NCBI GenBank assembly: GCA_910586625.1
Contig: CAJUIZ010000004.1
Coordinates: 43,529 to 107,528, forward strand
Reading direction: 5' to 3'
Length of the DNA: 64,000 nt
From: an uncultured Christensenellaceae bacterium
Lineage (GTDB): Bacteria; Bacillota; Clostridia; Christensenellales; CAG-314
Part shown: positions 46,612-57,228 of the stretch, piece by piece
Numbering within the stretch: position 1 is the first letter of the stretch
How the letters are laid out: every line of letters begins with the position of its first letter
Program-made: the position numbers and the translations under genes
The notes under the pieces: model-generated
What the model was told of the DNA's origin: nothing
The model's database searches: none
Seen by the model: the letters and a program-made list of their open reading frames with translations, nothing else

Positions 46612-48435
46612 ATGCAGAGAACCGACGTAAGAAACATAGCCATAATAGCCCACGTAGACCACGGTAAGACTACGCTTGTAGACCAGCTGTTAAAACAAAA
46701 CGGGGTGTTCCGCGCTAACGAAGTAGTCGCCGAACGCGTAATGGACAATAACGACATAGAGCGCGAACGCGGCATTACCATTCTTGCAAAAAACACCGCG
46801 GTACACTACAAAGGAACTAAAATAAACATCATAGACACCCCGGGGCACGCCGACTTCGGCGGAGAAGTGGAACGTATACTTTCGATGGTAGACGGCGTAT
46901 TGCTGCTTGTAGACGCGATAGAAGGCTGTATGCCGCAAACCAGATATGTGTTGAAAAAAGCGTTGGGACTCGGCAAAAAGGTGCTTGTAGTAGTAAACAA
47001 GGTGGACAAGGGCGAATTTAACGAGCGCGACCTTAAAGAGCAGATTATGGAGCTGTTTATGGAACTTAACGCCAACGACGACCAATTCGACTTTAAGATT
47101 ATTTACGCTTCGGCAAAGCAGGGATGGGCTTCGACAAGTCTCGATACGCAATCAAGCAATATGGCTCCGCTGTTGGACGCGATACTTACGGAAATTCCCG
47201 CGCCGCAGGGCGACGTAGACAACGGCTTGCAGCTGCTGATATGCAACATAGACTACGACGAATACGTGGGTCGCATAGGCATAGGCAAGGTTAACCGCGG
47301 AAAAATCACCAGCGGACAGCAAGTAATGATTTGCCACAAAGACAACGTATTCAACACCGCCAAGGTTACGCGCCTGTACCAATTCGAAGGGTTAAAGCGT
47401 GTGGAATGTCTTGACGGCACTATGGGCGATATAGTTGCGGTAAACGGCATTACCGATATGAACATAGGAGACACCGTATGCTCGGTAGACTGCGTAGAAC
47501 CGCTGCCCTTCGTAAACATAGACGAACCGACGGTTAGTATGCTGTTTATGGTAAACAACAGTCCGTTTGCAGGCAAGGAAGGCAAATACGTAACCAGCCG
47601 ACATATAAGAGCGCGCTTGTTCAAGGAAGTGGAAACAAACGTGTCTATGCGAGTGGAAGAAACGGACTCGGCGGATTGCTTCAAGGTGTACGGCAGAGGC
47701 GAGCTGCACTTGTCTATCCTTATCGAAGAAATGCGCCGCGAAGGCTATGAGTTCCAAGTTTCGCGCCCGAAGGTTATTTTCAAAGAAATAAACGGGGTAA
47801 AATGCGAACCGATAGAATATCTCGTCGTGGAAGTACCCGACAATTACGTAGGCAGCGTTATGAACAAGTTGGGCGCGAGAAAAGCGGAGCTTATAAATAT
47901 GTCACCCGACAGCCAGGGGGGAACGAAGCTGGAATTCAAGATTCCGTCCCGCGCGCTGTTCGGCTATCGCAGCGAGCTGTTGACGGACACAAAGGGATTC
48001 GGCGTGATGAGCAGCGTATTGGACAGCTACGAGCCGTACAAGGGCGAAGTCGCCGAGCGTACGCGCGGAAGCTTGGTGGCGTTCGAAGACGGCGTTACCA
48101 CCGCTTACGGGCTGTTTAACGCGCAGGAAAGATGCCGACTGTTCGTAGGGGTGGGCTTGCCCGTTTATTCCGGAATGGTAGTAGGCGAAAACAGCCGCGA
48201 AGACGACATTACGGTAAACGTATGCAAAACCAAGCACTTAACCAATAACCGCGCAAGCGGAAGCGACGAAGCGTTGAAGCTGACCCCGCCTACCGTGTTG
48301 AGCCTTGAACAATGCTTGGAATTTATTTCCGACGACGAACTTGTGGAAGTTACGCCCGCTTCTATCAGACTGCGCAAAGCGATACTTGACCACTCCGAAC
48401 GTATGCGCATATGGGCAAGAAACAATAAGAAATAA
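46612..48435 (+). CDS. typA: Translational GTPase TypA/BipA
   Basis: 607 aa. [32 protein letters not shown], and full-length BipA-like sequence. Confidence 0.95.
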   Translation: MQRTDVRNIAIIAHVDHGKTTLVDQLLKQNGVFRANEVVAERVMDNNDIERERGITILAKNTAVHYKGTKINIIDTPGHADFGGEVERILSMVDGVLLLVDAIEGCMPQTRYVLKKALGLGKKVLVVVNKVDKGEFNERDLKEQIMELFMELNANDDQFDFKIIYASAKQGWASTSLDTQSSNMAPLLDAILTEIPAPQGDVDNGLQLLICNIDYDEYVGRIGIGKVNRGKITSGQQVMICHKDNVFNTAKVTRLYQFEGLKRVECLDGTMGDIVAVNGITDMNIGDTVCSVDCVEPLPFVNIDEPTVSMLFMVNNSPFAGKEGKYVTSRHIRARLFKEVETNVSMRVEETDSADCFKVYGRGELHLSILIEEMRREGYEFQVSRPKVIFKEINGVKCEPIEYLVVEVPDNYVGSVMNKLGARKAELINMSPDSQGGTKLEFKIPSRALFGYRSELLTDTKGFGVMSSVLDSYEPYKGEVAERTRGSLVAFEDGVTTAYGLFNAQERCRLFVGVGLPVYSGMVVGENSREDDITVNVCKTKHLTNNRASGSDEALKLTPPTVLSLEQCLEFISDDELVEVTPASIRLRKAILDHSERMRIWARNNKK

Positions 48436-48462
48436 AACGTACACTGACGAAATTATACTCGA

Positions 48463-48492
48463 AACGCAGTTTGAATAAATTCAAACTGCGTT
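48463..48492. terminator. Bidirectional terminator after typA
   Basis: Perfect 13-bp stem AACGCAGTTTGAA/TTCAAACTGCGTT with loop TAAA. Confidence 0.65.
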
Positions 48493-48783
48493 AATATTTA
48501 ACAAACTTATACTATTGTATTTTGACAAAAACTCGATAACCGCATCCAATAATTCCGCAAGACTGCGAGCGTCGCTACGCTTGTCTTCCGACAGCTCGAA
48601 CCGTAATTTTTTGAAATACTTTAAGCCTTTCTTTATTAACTCTGAATTTAATTCGTTTTTTATTATAATACAGCTCCATTTTAACAGCGTAACTTTTCTG
48701 TTATATCTATATGCCATCGATAATTTAAGCATATACTGCGACACAGTTTTACGTTCGTTGGCAGATAAACTTATATTTTGCAT
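48481..48783 (-). CDS. Hypothetical small basic protein (AT-rich)
   Basis: 100-aa ORF, divergent from a small XRE gene. The last 7 codons and the stop lie inside the terminator stem. No recognisable motif. Confidence 0.35.
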   Translation of the reverse strand: MQNISLSANERKTVSQYMLKLSMAYRYNRKVTLLKWSCIIIKNELNSELIKKGLKYFKKLRFELSEDKRSDARSLAELLDAVIEFLSKYNSISLLNINAV

Positions 48784-48873
48784 TTTATCAACCCCTTATT
48801 CTTTTGTTAAAAGAATACAAGAAGTTTTCTTCTTTGTCAAGTTTTGCAAGAAGAAAAATTCTATAATCTGCTT

Positions 48874-49077
48874 ATGATAAATTTGGGAAAACAAATAAAA
48901 GAAATGAGATTGGAAAAAGGCCTGTCGCAAGCGCAATTAGCCAAAGAAATCGGCGTAAGTCAAAAGGCTATCGATTACTGGGAGCGGAACGTCAACGAAC
49001 CGAAAGCAAGTTATATAGTTGCTCTCGTCAAATTATTCGAAATAACGTACGACGAATTTTTTACAGATATACAATAA
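48874..49077 (+). CDS. XRE-family HTH transcriptional regulator
   Basis: 67 aa from MINLGKQIKEMRLEKGLSQAQLAKEIGVSQKAIDYWERNVNEPK. The ORF is open from TTG 48844. Confidence 0.65.
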   Translation: MINLGKQIKEMRLEKGLSQAQLAKEIGVSQKAIDYWERNVNEPKASYIVALVKLFEITYDEFFTDIQ

Positions 49078-49120
49078 CCGAAACGACGGCCGGAAAACAA
49101 GCCGCCGTTTTTTGTATAAA

Positions 49121-49849
49121 TTATGCGATATTTTCCTTTCTCTCGGCATTCTCGCTCTCCTGCGGAGCGTCATTCTGCCTGCGGAGCATACGCGACCAGT
49201 TAACGAAGCCGTAAACGTCCAAAACCAAAAATGCGGCAAAACACACTATCATAGGAAGATAGGATATATCCGAAACCGTTTGCATAATCCACATAACTAT
49301 CAGCACTACGTCGTTTGCGGCGTACCCCACTGCGTAAAAGCGGCTGCGGCGGGCAGTGAGATAGGAAGCGGCAAAGGACGAAAATACCGACACGGTGCTG
49401 ACGATAAGGTTGGCGGTATCGAGCGCACGCAATATGAAGTAAAAGGCAACCGTTACCGCTACGGACAACGCGGAGAACAAGCACCACTCCTTAACGGACA
49501 GCGAGTTGACTTCCACTTCGCTTTTGTCGCCTTTGTAAGGATTGCGCAGCCACGATACGAGCGCGACCACAGCCATAGGGGCAGTCATGGCAAGGTAGGT
49601 TATCATTTCGCCGTAGTACTTGCACGAATAGGATATAACGCTGTAGAACACGCTGAAAACGACCGTCAAAACCTGTCCTGCGGGATTGCCCTTGGAAACG
49701 AATATAAGAGACGTTACGCCGATAAGCGCGCCTATTAAGTAATGGTACTGATTGTTGCGAAATACGAAAAAGCATACTATAATAGCCGCTGCGCTGACGC
49801 TCCATATTGCCCATTCGATAGGTTTGATAGATTTAATAAATTTTTTCAT
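49121..49849 (-). CDS. pnuC: PnuC-family nicotinamide riboside (or related vitamin) transporter
   Basis: 242 aa, about 7-8 TM helices, sequence reminiscent of PnuC (…WLRNPYKG…, …YAVGYAANDVVLIVMW…). Confidence 0.6.
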   Translation of the reverse strand: MKKFIKSIKPIEWAIWSVSAAAIIVCFFVFRNNQYHYLIGALIGVTSLIFVSKGNPAGQVLTVVFSVFYSVISYSCKYYGEMITYLAMTAPMAVVALVSWLRNPYKGDKSEVEVNSLSVKEWCLFSALSVAVTVAFYFILRALDTANLIVSTVSVFSSFAASYLTARRSRFYAVGYAANDVVLIVMWIMQTVSDISYLPMIVCFAAFLVLDVYGFVNWSRMLRRQNDAPQESENAERKENIA

Positions 49850-50060
49850 AGTATTCTCTGCAAATGCCGTTTTTTACATTTTTTCGCGCGGGCAAACGCC
49901 TTGGTCGATACCACAAAAAATAAAAGCATTCTATCCGTATCTTCAAAGACCTAACGATACGAATAAAACGCCTACGCGCTTGCAAACACTCGGCAGCGTT
50001 TGCAATATTTGTTTATTTTTATTTGATATAATTATATAGCTCCGACGTAAGTTTAGTCAA
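49850..50060 (-). promoter_or_regulatory. pnuC promoter plus about 175-nt structured leader with an attenuator-like hairpin
   Basis: Minus strand: TTGACT (50055-50060), 18 nt, TATAAT (50031-50036). Perfect IR TTGCAAAC-N10-GTTTGCAA (49980-50005). 9-bp hairpin (49933-49941 / 49956-49964) followed shortly by a T-rich run (49915-49926). Confidence 0.45.
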
Positions 50061-50065
50061 GCGAT

Positions 50066-50578
50066 TTACCACTGTAATTCGCTTATCGGTTCGCCGTTTA
50101 AGCGTTTGAGAATTATACCGTTGTCGTCCAACGTCAAGTAGCTCGGCTCGCCGTCGCGCGGACGTGATACGGAGCCGACGTTGGCGATATACAAGCCGTT
50201 AAACCTTTGCAGCAGCGCGCAATGGGTATGCCCGTATACCAAAACGTCGTTTTCACGCAAAACGGGCGGTACGCGGTACTTGTTGTACACGTGTCCGTGG
50301 GTGAAAAACAGCGTACGACCAAAGTGATACATTACTGCGCAGTCGTCCATACCGCAGGGAAGCAGCGCGACTTCACAGTCGCGGTCGTTGTTGCCGCGCA
50401 CAATATAGGTTACCGCGTCTATCTGCGAAACGCAATCTGCAATTTTTTGCGCGTCGCGCGGACCGAACAAATCGCCGCAAATTACTACCTTGTTCGGACG
50501 TTCGAGTTCCGTTATTTTTACAACGGCGTTCATTCCGTCGATACTGCCGTGAATATCGGAAAAAACGCAAATTTTCAT
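50066..50578 (-). CDS. YfcE-family metallophosphoesterase
   Basis: 170 aa. MKICVFSDIHGS, GDLFG, GNND and GHTH motifs. Confidence 0.85.
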   Translation of the reverse strand: MKICVFSDIHGSIDGMNAVVKITELERPNKVVICGDLFGPRDAQKIADCVSQIDAVTYIVRGNNDRDCEVALLPCGMDDCAVMYHFGRTLFFTHGHVYNKYRVPPVLRENDVLVYGHTHCALLQRFNGLYIANVGSVSRPRDGEPSYLTLDDNGIILKRLNGEPISELQW

Positions 50579-50599
50579 AGGCTTTCAAACTGCTCGCGC

Positions 50600-52039
50600 T
50601 TAATTGGATTGCGTTAAAGTTTTGTACAGCTCCGCATACTTGACGGCGGATTTCTTCCAGCTGTAATCGCACTTCATAGCCGCCGCCGTTATCGCGTCCC
50701 ACTCGGCGCGACGGTCGTAGTAGACGGACATTGCGCGGCACAGGGTGTACCACAGGTCGTCGGCGTTGCTGTTGGTAAAGGAAAAGCCGTTTCCTTGGCG
50801 CGTTTGGTCGTTGTAGCTGAATACAGTATCTTTAAGCCCGCCCGTTTCGCGCACAAGCGGAAGCGTGCCGTACTTGAGCGCGATTATCTGCGACAAACCG
50901 CACGGTTCGAAGTCGCTGGGCATCAAAAACAGGTCGCACGCAGCGTAAATCTTGTGGGCTAACGCGTTGTTGAAGGTGATATTTGCGCTGACCTTGTTGG
51001 GATTGCGGAACGCATAGTAGCGGAACATATCTTCGTAACGCTTTTCGCCCGTGCCCAACACCACCAGTTGCATTCGCGCACCAGTAAGGCGCGACATTAC
51101 CGCATCGAGCAGATGCAGACCCTTCTGATCCACCAAGCGGGAAATCACGCCTATCATTATCGCGTCCGCATCCTGCGGCAAACCCAACTCCGCCTGTAAG
51201 GCAAGCTTATTAGAACGTTTGCCGTCCTTTACAGTCTTTACCGTATACTTGGTATAAATAAGCTTATCCTTAGCGGGATTATACGAATCGTAATCCACTC
51301 CGTTGAGTATGCCGCGCGTCTTGTACGCATAGCGGTTGATGACGCCGTTTAGTCCTTCGCCGTAGTAGTCGGTTGTAATCTCGCGGGCGTACGTATCGGA
51401 TACGGTCGTTACCGCCTGAGAGAACACTATCGCGCCCTGCATAAGGTTTACGCAGTCGCCCTGCATAAGTCTGTCCTGCGTAAAGTACCATTCGTTAAGC
51501 CCGGTAAGGTCCTGCGCTTCGCCCTTGCCCATACGTCCCTGATAGCGCAAATTGTGTATAGTATAGACAAACTTGGCGTTAGCCATATTAGGCAAACTAC
51601 GATAAAACGCGTCGTAATACACGGGAACGAGCGCGCTTGACCAGTCGTTACAGTGAATTACGTCGAAAGACTCGTTCAAATAGCACACGGTATCCAGTAC
51701 CGCCTTGGAAAAGAACGCAAACCGTTCGTTATCCGCAAAGCAGTACAAATCTCCGCCGAAGTAGTATTCGCTGTCCAAGAAGTAAAAGGTTACGTTATCT
51801 TTTACAAGCTTGAACAGCCCGCAATACTGGTGCCGCCAGTTAAGGTCTACGTAAAAGTAACCCAAATACTGCATTTGACGTTGATATTCCGCGTCGATTA
51901 CGCGAGTATACTTGGGCATTATTACGGAAACTTCCGAGCCCTGCTTGGCTATTGCCTTGGGCAGCGCGCCCAACACGTCGCCCAGTCCGCCGCTTTTTGC
52001 AAAGGGCTCTACTTCCGCGCTTACGTACAATACTTTCAT
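50600..52039 (-). CDS. glgA: Glycogen synthase
   Basis: 479 aa. MKVLYVSAEVEPFAKSGGLGDV. Confidence 0.95.
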   Translation of the reverse strand: MKVLYVSAEVEPFAKSGGLGDVLGALPKAIAKQGSEVSVIMPKYTRVIDAEYQRQMQYLGYFYVDLNWRHQYCGLFKLVKDNVTFYFLDSEYYFGGDLYCFADNERFAFFSKAVLDTVCYLNESFDVIHCNDWSSALVPVYYDAFYRSLPNMANAKFVYTIHNLRYQGRMGKGEAQDLTGLNEWYFTQDRLMQGDCVNLMQGAIVFSQAVTTVSDTYAREITTDYYGEGLNGVINRYAYKTRGILNGVDYDSYNPAKDKLIYTKYTVKTVKDGKRSNKLALQAELGLPQDADAIMIGVISRLVDQKGLHLLDAVMSRLTGARMQLVVLGTGEKRYEDMFRYYAFRNPNKVSANITFNNALAHKIYAACDLFLMPSDFEPCGLSQIIALKYGTLPLVRETGGLKDTVFSYNDQTRQGNGFSFTNSNADDLWYTLCRAMSVYYDRRAEWDAITAAAMKCDYSWKKSAVKYAELYKTLTQSN

Positions 52040-52046
52040 ATTACTC

Positions 52047-53150
52047 CTAAATAGTCCTGTGTTTGCCGACTACAAGCGGGAAATCGGGCTGTCCGATAAG
52101 CGTCTTACCTTCGCGCAGAACACAGTTTTTGTCCAAAATGCAGCAGCCGATAGTAGCGTCCGCGGAAATTATTCCGTCCTGCATAACTATACTGTTTTTA
52201 ACAACAGCGCCCTTATGTACGCGCACTCCGCGGAAAATAATGCTGTTTTCCACAGTGCCGTTTATTACGCAGCCGTCGGCAATAATACTGCTGCGCACTA
52301 CCGCGTCGGACAGATACCTTGTAGGAACCCTGTCCTTGCTCTTGGTGTAAATCTTATCCTGCGGAATAAATATGTCCTTACGCTTGTCGAACTCGAACAA
52401 CTCCATACTTACCGTATAATAGCTGTCGATATCCTTGATTGTTCTCAAAAAACCGTCGAAGCAATAGCCGTAAATATTAAGTTTGCCGACGTTCTTCTCG
52501 ATGATATCCTTGACGAAACGTTTCTTGCCGTGAAGCATACAGTTTTCCAACAGGTTGATAAGCAAGTCCTTGGTAAAAACGTAATAACCGGTTAAACGGT
52601 TAAGACACTTTTTGCGGTCCTTGGCGTATACCACGTCGCGCACCGCGCCCGTTTCGTCCGTTTCTACGTATGTTTCGCCGTCCGTTTTGCTTTTTACCCT
52701 TTGATACACTACCGTAATATCCGCGTTGTTGAATTTGTGCGTTTCGACTATTTTGTCAAAACGGACGTTACACACGTTATTTCCGTCGGCAACCACGACG
52801 TAACGCTCCTTGCTCCGTTCCAAAAAACGCAGCACTCCCGACAGAGCCGCTATACGGCTGTCGCCGTAAAATTCCGCATCGGGCGCGGGCGGCAATACGA
52901 ACAGACCTTCGCGCTTACGAGCCAAATCCCACGGCTTGCCGCTGCCGACGTGATTGAGCAGCGACTGGTATACGGGCCCCGTAGCTATCCCCACGGTATT
53001 CATACCGCTGTTAACCATGCCCGACAGAACGAAGTCGACAAGACGGTATCTGCCTGCGAACGGCAGAGCCGAGACCGCGCGCACGCGGGTGAGCTCGCCC
53101 AAGTCCGCTTCGTTGTTACAAGCCAAAATTACGCCCATTGTATCCAACAT
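52047..53150 (-). CDS. glgD: Glucose-1-phosphate adenylyltransferase subunit GlgD
   Basis: 367 aa. GlgC paralog lacking the N-terminal GGxGxRL motif, with left-handed beta-helix C-terminus, positioned between glgC and glgA. Confidence 0.85.
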   Translation of the reverse strand: MLDTMGVILACNNEADLGELTRVRAVSALPFAGRYRLVDFVLSGMVNSGMNTVGIATGPVYQSLLNHVGSGKPWDLARKREGLFVLPPAPDAEFYGDSRIAALSGVLRFLERSKERYVVVADGNNVCNVRFDKIVETHKFNNADITVVYQRVKSKTDGETYVETDETGAVRDVVYAKDRKKCLNRLTGYYVFTKDLLINLLENCMLHGKKRFVKDIIEKNVGKLNIYGYCFDGFLRTIKDIDSYYTVSMELFEFDKRKDIFIPQDKIYTKSKDRVPTRYLSDAVVRSSIIADGCVINGTVENSIIFRGVRVHKGAVVKNSIVMQDGIISADATIGCCILDKNCVLREGKTLIGQPDFPLVVGKHRTI

Positions 53151-53151
53151 A

Positions 53152-54366
53152 TCACTTGCCCTCCGAAACGTTGTCAGTTACCATATTGTTCTTGCCGATT
53201 ACGGCGCGTTTGCCGATTTTTACTTCCGCTCCGATTAGCGTTACTCCGCCCGAACAGTATTTGGAAAGATATGCGTCGTCGTCCGTCAAACCTATTTGAG
53301 CGCGCTCGCCTATTACGCAATAGGACGCAAGTATTGAATTTTTGATTTTTGCCCCTTTGCCGATTTTTACGCCGCTCATAACGATGGAATTCTCCACTTC
53401 CGCGCCTTCGTCTATTTGCACTCCGTCGAATATAATGCTGTGCGTTACCTTGCCGTCAATATAGCAGCCTTCGGTAATAAAGCTGTTTTTTACTTCGCAA
53501 TGCGCGTCGAGAAAGTGCGGGCTTTCCAAGGGACTTTTGGACAAAATAGGGAAGTCTTCGTCGTACAAGTCCAAGCTGTCGTCGTCCAGCAAATCCATAT
53601 TGGACTGCCACAGACTTTCGACGGTACCTACGTCCTTCCAGTAGCCCTTGAACTTGTAGCCGTACATTTTTGCACCGTCGTTCAACATCTTGGGAATTAT
53701 ATTCTTGCCGAAATCGTTATCCGACGACGGATTGGCTTCGTCGTCGATTAGCTCTTTACGCAGCCTGCTCCAAGTAAACACGTATATACCCATAGAAGCC
53801 GTGTCGCTTTGGGGATGGGCGGGTTTTTCTTCGAAGGTGACGATACGGTTTGTATCGTCCGTTTGCAAAATGCCGAAACGGGACGCTTCTTCGATAGGCA
53901 CGGGAATCATCGCTATCGTGCAATCCGCTTCCGTTTGCTTGTGCTGCTCGATCATATTGCTGTAATTCATCTTGTATATATGATCGCCCGACAGTATCAA
54001 AACGTAGTCGGGATTGAACTTGTCGATGAATTCGATATTTTGATAAATGGCGTTTGCGGTACCCTTGTACCACTCGCCCTGTTTTTCCTTCATATACGGG
54101 GGCAAAAGAAAAACTCCGCCGTTGTTCCTGTCCAAGTCCCACGGCTGACCGCTGCCTATGTAGGTGTTAAGCTCCAACGGCTTGTACTGCGTAAGCACGC
54201 CAACCGTGTCGATACCCGAAAGGGTGCAATTGGTAAGCGGAAAATCGATTATGCGGTATTTGCCGCCGAACTGCACCGCAGGCTTGGCTATGTTACGGGT
54301 TAGAACGCCCAAACGGCTGCCTTGACCGCCTGCCAGTATCATAGCGATACATTCTTTGTTTTTCAT
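53152..54366 (-). CDS. glgC: Glucose-1-phosphate adenylyltransferase
   Basis: 404 aa. [16 protein letters not shown] and [10 protein letters not shown] motifs. Confidence 0.95.
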   Translation of the reverse strand: MKNKECIAMILAGGQGSRLGVLTRNIAKPAVQFGGKYRIIDFPLTNCTLSGIDTVGVLTQYKPLELNTYIGSGQPWDLDRNNGGVFLLPPYMKEKQGEWYKGTANAIYQNIEFIDKFNPDYVLILSGDHIYKMNYSNMIEQHKQTEADCTIAMIPVPIEEASRFGILQTDDTNRIVTFEEKPAHPQSDTASMGIYVFTWSRLRKELIDDEANPSSDNDFGKNIIPKMLNDGAKMYGYKFKGYWKDVGTVESLWQSNMDLLDDDSLDLYDEDFPILSKSPLESPHFLDAHCEVKNSFITEGCYIDGKVTHSIIFDGVQIDEGAEVENSIVMSGVKIGKGAKIKNSILASYCVIGERAQIGLTDDDAYLSKYCSGGVTLIGAEVKIGKRAVIGKNNMVTDNVSEGK

Positions 54367-54384
54367 AAAATCCCCCTTATGGCG

Positions 54385-54678
54385 TTAGAATTCGATATGT
54401 TCGATATTTTCCTTATCGCTTCTTTTGTACACCACGAAGCGGTTGCCTACGCATAATACGGGCTCGCAGCCGAGTCTTTCGCATACTTCGCGGCACATAT
54501 CCTTTGCCGAAAGCGTGCAGCTTTGCAAGGACGCGACCTTGACCAACTCGTAATGGTACAGCGCCGTGTCTATTTCCTTCAATACGTTTTCCGTCAGTTC
54601 TTCCTTGCCGACCGTAACGGACGGACGAAGCGCGTTTGCAAGCGCTTTGAGTTTGCTTCTTTGCTTGGTAGTAATCAT
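54385..54678 (-). CDS. yhbY: YhbY/CRM-domain RNA-binding protein
   Basis: Start MITTKQRSKLKALANALRPSVTVGKEELTENV at 54678 with GAAAAAGGAAAAATT upstream. The ORF is open to 54828. Confidence 0.8.
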   Translation of the reverse strand: MITTKQRSKLKALANALRPSVTVGKEELTENVLKEIDTALYHYELVKVASLQSCTLSAKDMCREVCERLGCEPVLCVGNRFVVYKRSDKENIEHIEF

Positions 54679-54829
54679 AATTTTTCCTTTTTCGGCAAAT
54701 GCCGATATTTTGTAAAATGCCGCCGCAATAGAATTTTCCATCAAACGTCTTACAGCGTTGTCGGACGAAACGGCATTGAAATGCGTTTGCTTTGTCACGC
54801 GACGTTTCGAAGAGTACGAGTTCGGCAAA

Positions 54830-56089
54830 CTACAATATAAGCTCGAACTCGATTTCGCCGATAATTACTGTATCGCCGTCCTTGGCTCCCGCTTGCTTTA
54901 ACGCAGTTTCAACGCCGCGAGTCTTGATTACCTTTTGGAAATAGCGGAAACTGTCGTAATCGTCAAGGTCTACCTTGCGGGACAGCTCGTCCACAAGACT
55001 GCCGACAACTTCGTAAACGCTTGCGTCAAGCTTTACCACTTCGAAGCTGCCGTCTTCTTCCTTTTGCAGCCTGTACGGCTCGAATTGCATCGGCTGCGCC
55101 GCGGGAGCGGTTTTAAGCGCGTCCGCAACGGCGGCAATAAACTCGTTAACCCCTTCGTGAATAATAGTCGTCATAGGTATCACGGTATATTTGCCGTATT
55201 CCGCCTTGAAGCGTACAAGATTTTCATCCGCTTGGGGCATATCCATCTTGTTGGCGACTACAATCATAGGCAGGCTGCGCAGAGACGCGTCGTAGCCGAA
55301 TATCTCGCTGTTGATTGCAGCGAAATCCGCAACGGGGTCGCGTCCTTCGCTTCCGGACATATCCAGTACGTGAACGAGCAGCCGAGTACGTTCGATATGC
55401 CGCAAAAAGCTGTGACCGAGACCAAGGCCTTCGCTTGCGCCTTCGATCAATCCCGGAATATCCGCAATAACAAAGGTTTCGTCGCGAAAGCTTACAACGC
55501 CCAAATTGGGCGACAATGTAGTAAAATGATAATTGGCGATTTTCGGTTTTGCGTCGGATACTACGGACAACAACGTACTTTTGCCGACGTTGGGGAAGCC
55601 CACCAGCCCTACGTCGGCGATGGTTTTCAGTTCCAATACCACTTCGTATTCCTGTGTTTTGACTCCCAATTCCGCAAAGGATGGCGATTGACGGCGAGAC
55701 GTTGCAAAGTGATGATTACCGCGTCCGCCCTTGCCGCCGACCAATACGACTTCGCGCTGACCGTCTGCGAACATATCGGCAATCACGTCGCCGTCTACGC
55801 TCTTGATAACCGTACCGACGGGAACCTTTACTTCGATATCGGTACCCTTCTTACCGTAGCAATTCTTTCTGCCGCCGTTTTCGCCGTTACCCGCGCGAAA
55901 ATGCTTTTGGTAATGAAAAGCGTTGAGCGTGTTTTCGGAATGAGTGGCTACGAATATTACGTCTCCGCCCTTGCCGCCGTCTCCGCCGTCCGGTCCGCCG
56001 TTGGGCACGTATTTTTCCGTATGCAGGCTGGCGGAGCCGTCTCCGCCGTTACCCGACTTGATATATATCTTTACTTTGTCGATAAACAT
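54830..56089 (-). CDS. obg: GTPase ObgE/CgtA
   Basis: Start MFIDKVKIYIKSGNGGDG at 56089 (SD AAGGAAGGA). Obg fold, G domain GFPNVGKSTLL, C-terminal OCT/TIGR03595-like domain. Confidence 0.95.
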   Translation of the reverse strand: MFIDKVKIYIKSGNGGDGSASLHTEKYVPNGGPDGGDGGKGGDVIFVATHSENTLNAFHYQKHFRAGNGENGGRKNCYGKKGTDIEVKVPVGTVIKSVDGDVIADMFADGQREVVLVGGKGGRGNHHFATSRRQSPSFAELGVKTQEYEVVLELKTIADVGLVGFPNVGKSTLLSVVSDAKPKIANYHFTTLSPNLGVVSFRDETFVIADIPGLIEGASEGLGLGHSFLRHIERTRLLVHVLDMSGSEGRDPVADFAAINSEIFGYDASLRSLPMIVVANKMDMPQADENLVRFKAEYGKYTVIPMTTIIHEGVNEFIAAVADALKTAPAAQPMQFEPYRLQKEEDGSFEVVKLDASVYEVVGSLVDELSRKVDLDDYDSFRYFQKVIKTRGVETALKQAGAKDGDTVIIGEIEFELIL

Positions 56090-57228
56090 AATCCTTCCTT
56101 TATTTTCCGAACGGCGTTCAGTCCGTCCGCTACGGCATCGGCTACAAGCCTGCCGCCCTTGGCGTCGCCGCCCAAGTATACGTTGCCGTACTGCCAATAA
56201 TCTTCTCTGTTTACTTCACGTCCGCCGATTACCGTTTTGTCGAACGCGCTTCCCGTTGCGGAAACCACGTAATCGGCAACCAATGTAAATTCTCGGTCGG
56301 TAACGGTCAGCTTGCCGCGCCCTTCGGATACCGTCTCGGCAACGGTAAACGCCAAACCGTCGGCAGTTTGCTGCAATTTTATCGGCGCGGCGTTGAACAC
56401 AAACCGCGCGCCTTCGCGTTCGGCGGAGCATACTTCCCTATCGAATGCAGGCATATCGGCGCGCGTTCGGCGGTAGACGACGGTAACGTCGCACCCCTTG
56501 AATAACGCCAATCTCGCGCAGTCCACGGCGGAATTGCCGCCGCCCACGACTATCACTCTTTTTACGCCGAAATCTCCCTGCAAAAAATCCTTGTAATTAC
56601 AGGCAAGCTCTTGCCCAACAACGCCTAATCCGTAGTCGGCAGTAAGACCAGTCGCCACGTACACGGCGTCAAACCGCCCTTGAAGCCGTGCAAGCTCTTG
56701 CGTGCCTATTTGCTTGTTTTCAACCGTAATCTTGCCGTAAACGGCGTTTTTAACCCGTAAAAGCGCCTGCTCGGGCAGTCGGAAAGACGGTATAAGCGAC
56801 AAGGTTGACAGAAGTTCGCCGCGCTCGTAAACGGTGACTTCCGCACCCTGCTCGTACGCCTTGACAGCGCAGGTAACGCCGGAAACTCCGCCGCCGACAA
56901 TTGCCAATCGAAGACCTTGCATTTCGCCGCCCAACCGTTCGACTTCGTACGGATAGCGCGCAAAAACTTCACGTTCGACAAGCCCGACGTCTAAGGCTTG
57001 TCCGCGTTTGTTAAGAATACAATTGCCCGAGCATTGCTTATCGCGCGGGCATACGTAACCGCATATCTCGCCGAAGGGATGACCGACGAGCCTGACCGCT
57101 TGACGGAATCGACCTTCGCGAACAAGCCGAAGAAAGGCGGGGATATCGTTGCCGACGGGACAATACGTCTTACACGACGGCTTGACGCAGTTAAGACAAC
57201 GTTCGCTTTCGGCGGTATAATCAAACAC
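56071..57228 (-). CDS. Glutamate synthase small-subunit-like (GltD/SudA-type) FAD/NAD(P) oxidoreductase
   Basis: CLNCVKPSCKTYCPVGNDIPAFL, VGGGVSGV and VVGGGNSAVD motifs. I prefer GTG at 57228 (SD AAGGAG 7 nt upstream) over ATG 57261, which has no SD. 19-nt overlap with obg. Confidence 0.8.
   Translation of the reverse strand: MFDYTAESERCLNCVKPSCKTYCPVGNDIPAFLRLVREGRFRQAVRLVGHPFGEICGYVCPRDKQCSGNCILNKRGQALDVGLVEREVFARYPYEVERLGGEMQGLRLAIVGGGVSGVTCAVKAYEQGAEVTVYERGELLSTLSLIPSFRLPEQALLRVKNAVYGKITVENKQIGTQELARLQGRFDAVYVATGLTADYGLGVVGQELACNYKDFLQGDFGVKRVIVVGGGNSAVDCARLALFKGCDVTVVYRRTRADMPAFDREVCSAEREGARFVFNAAPIKLQQTADGLAFTVAETVSEGRGKLTVTDREFTLVADYVVSATGSAFDKTVIGGREVNREDYWQYGNVYLGGDAKGGRLVADAVADGLNAVRKIKEGLCLSTK

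Noticed and set aside
49850-50024. Assigning the pnuC leader to the NAD+-II (pnuC motif) or TPP riboswitch classes.
   Set aside because: I could not find a CUGAGA/ACCUGA-type TPP core or the C-rich conserved segment of the pnuC motif. I keep it as an unassigned structured leader only.
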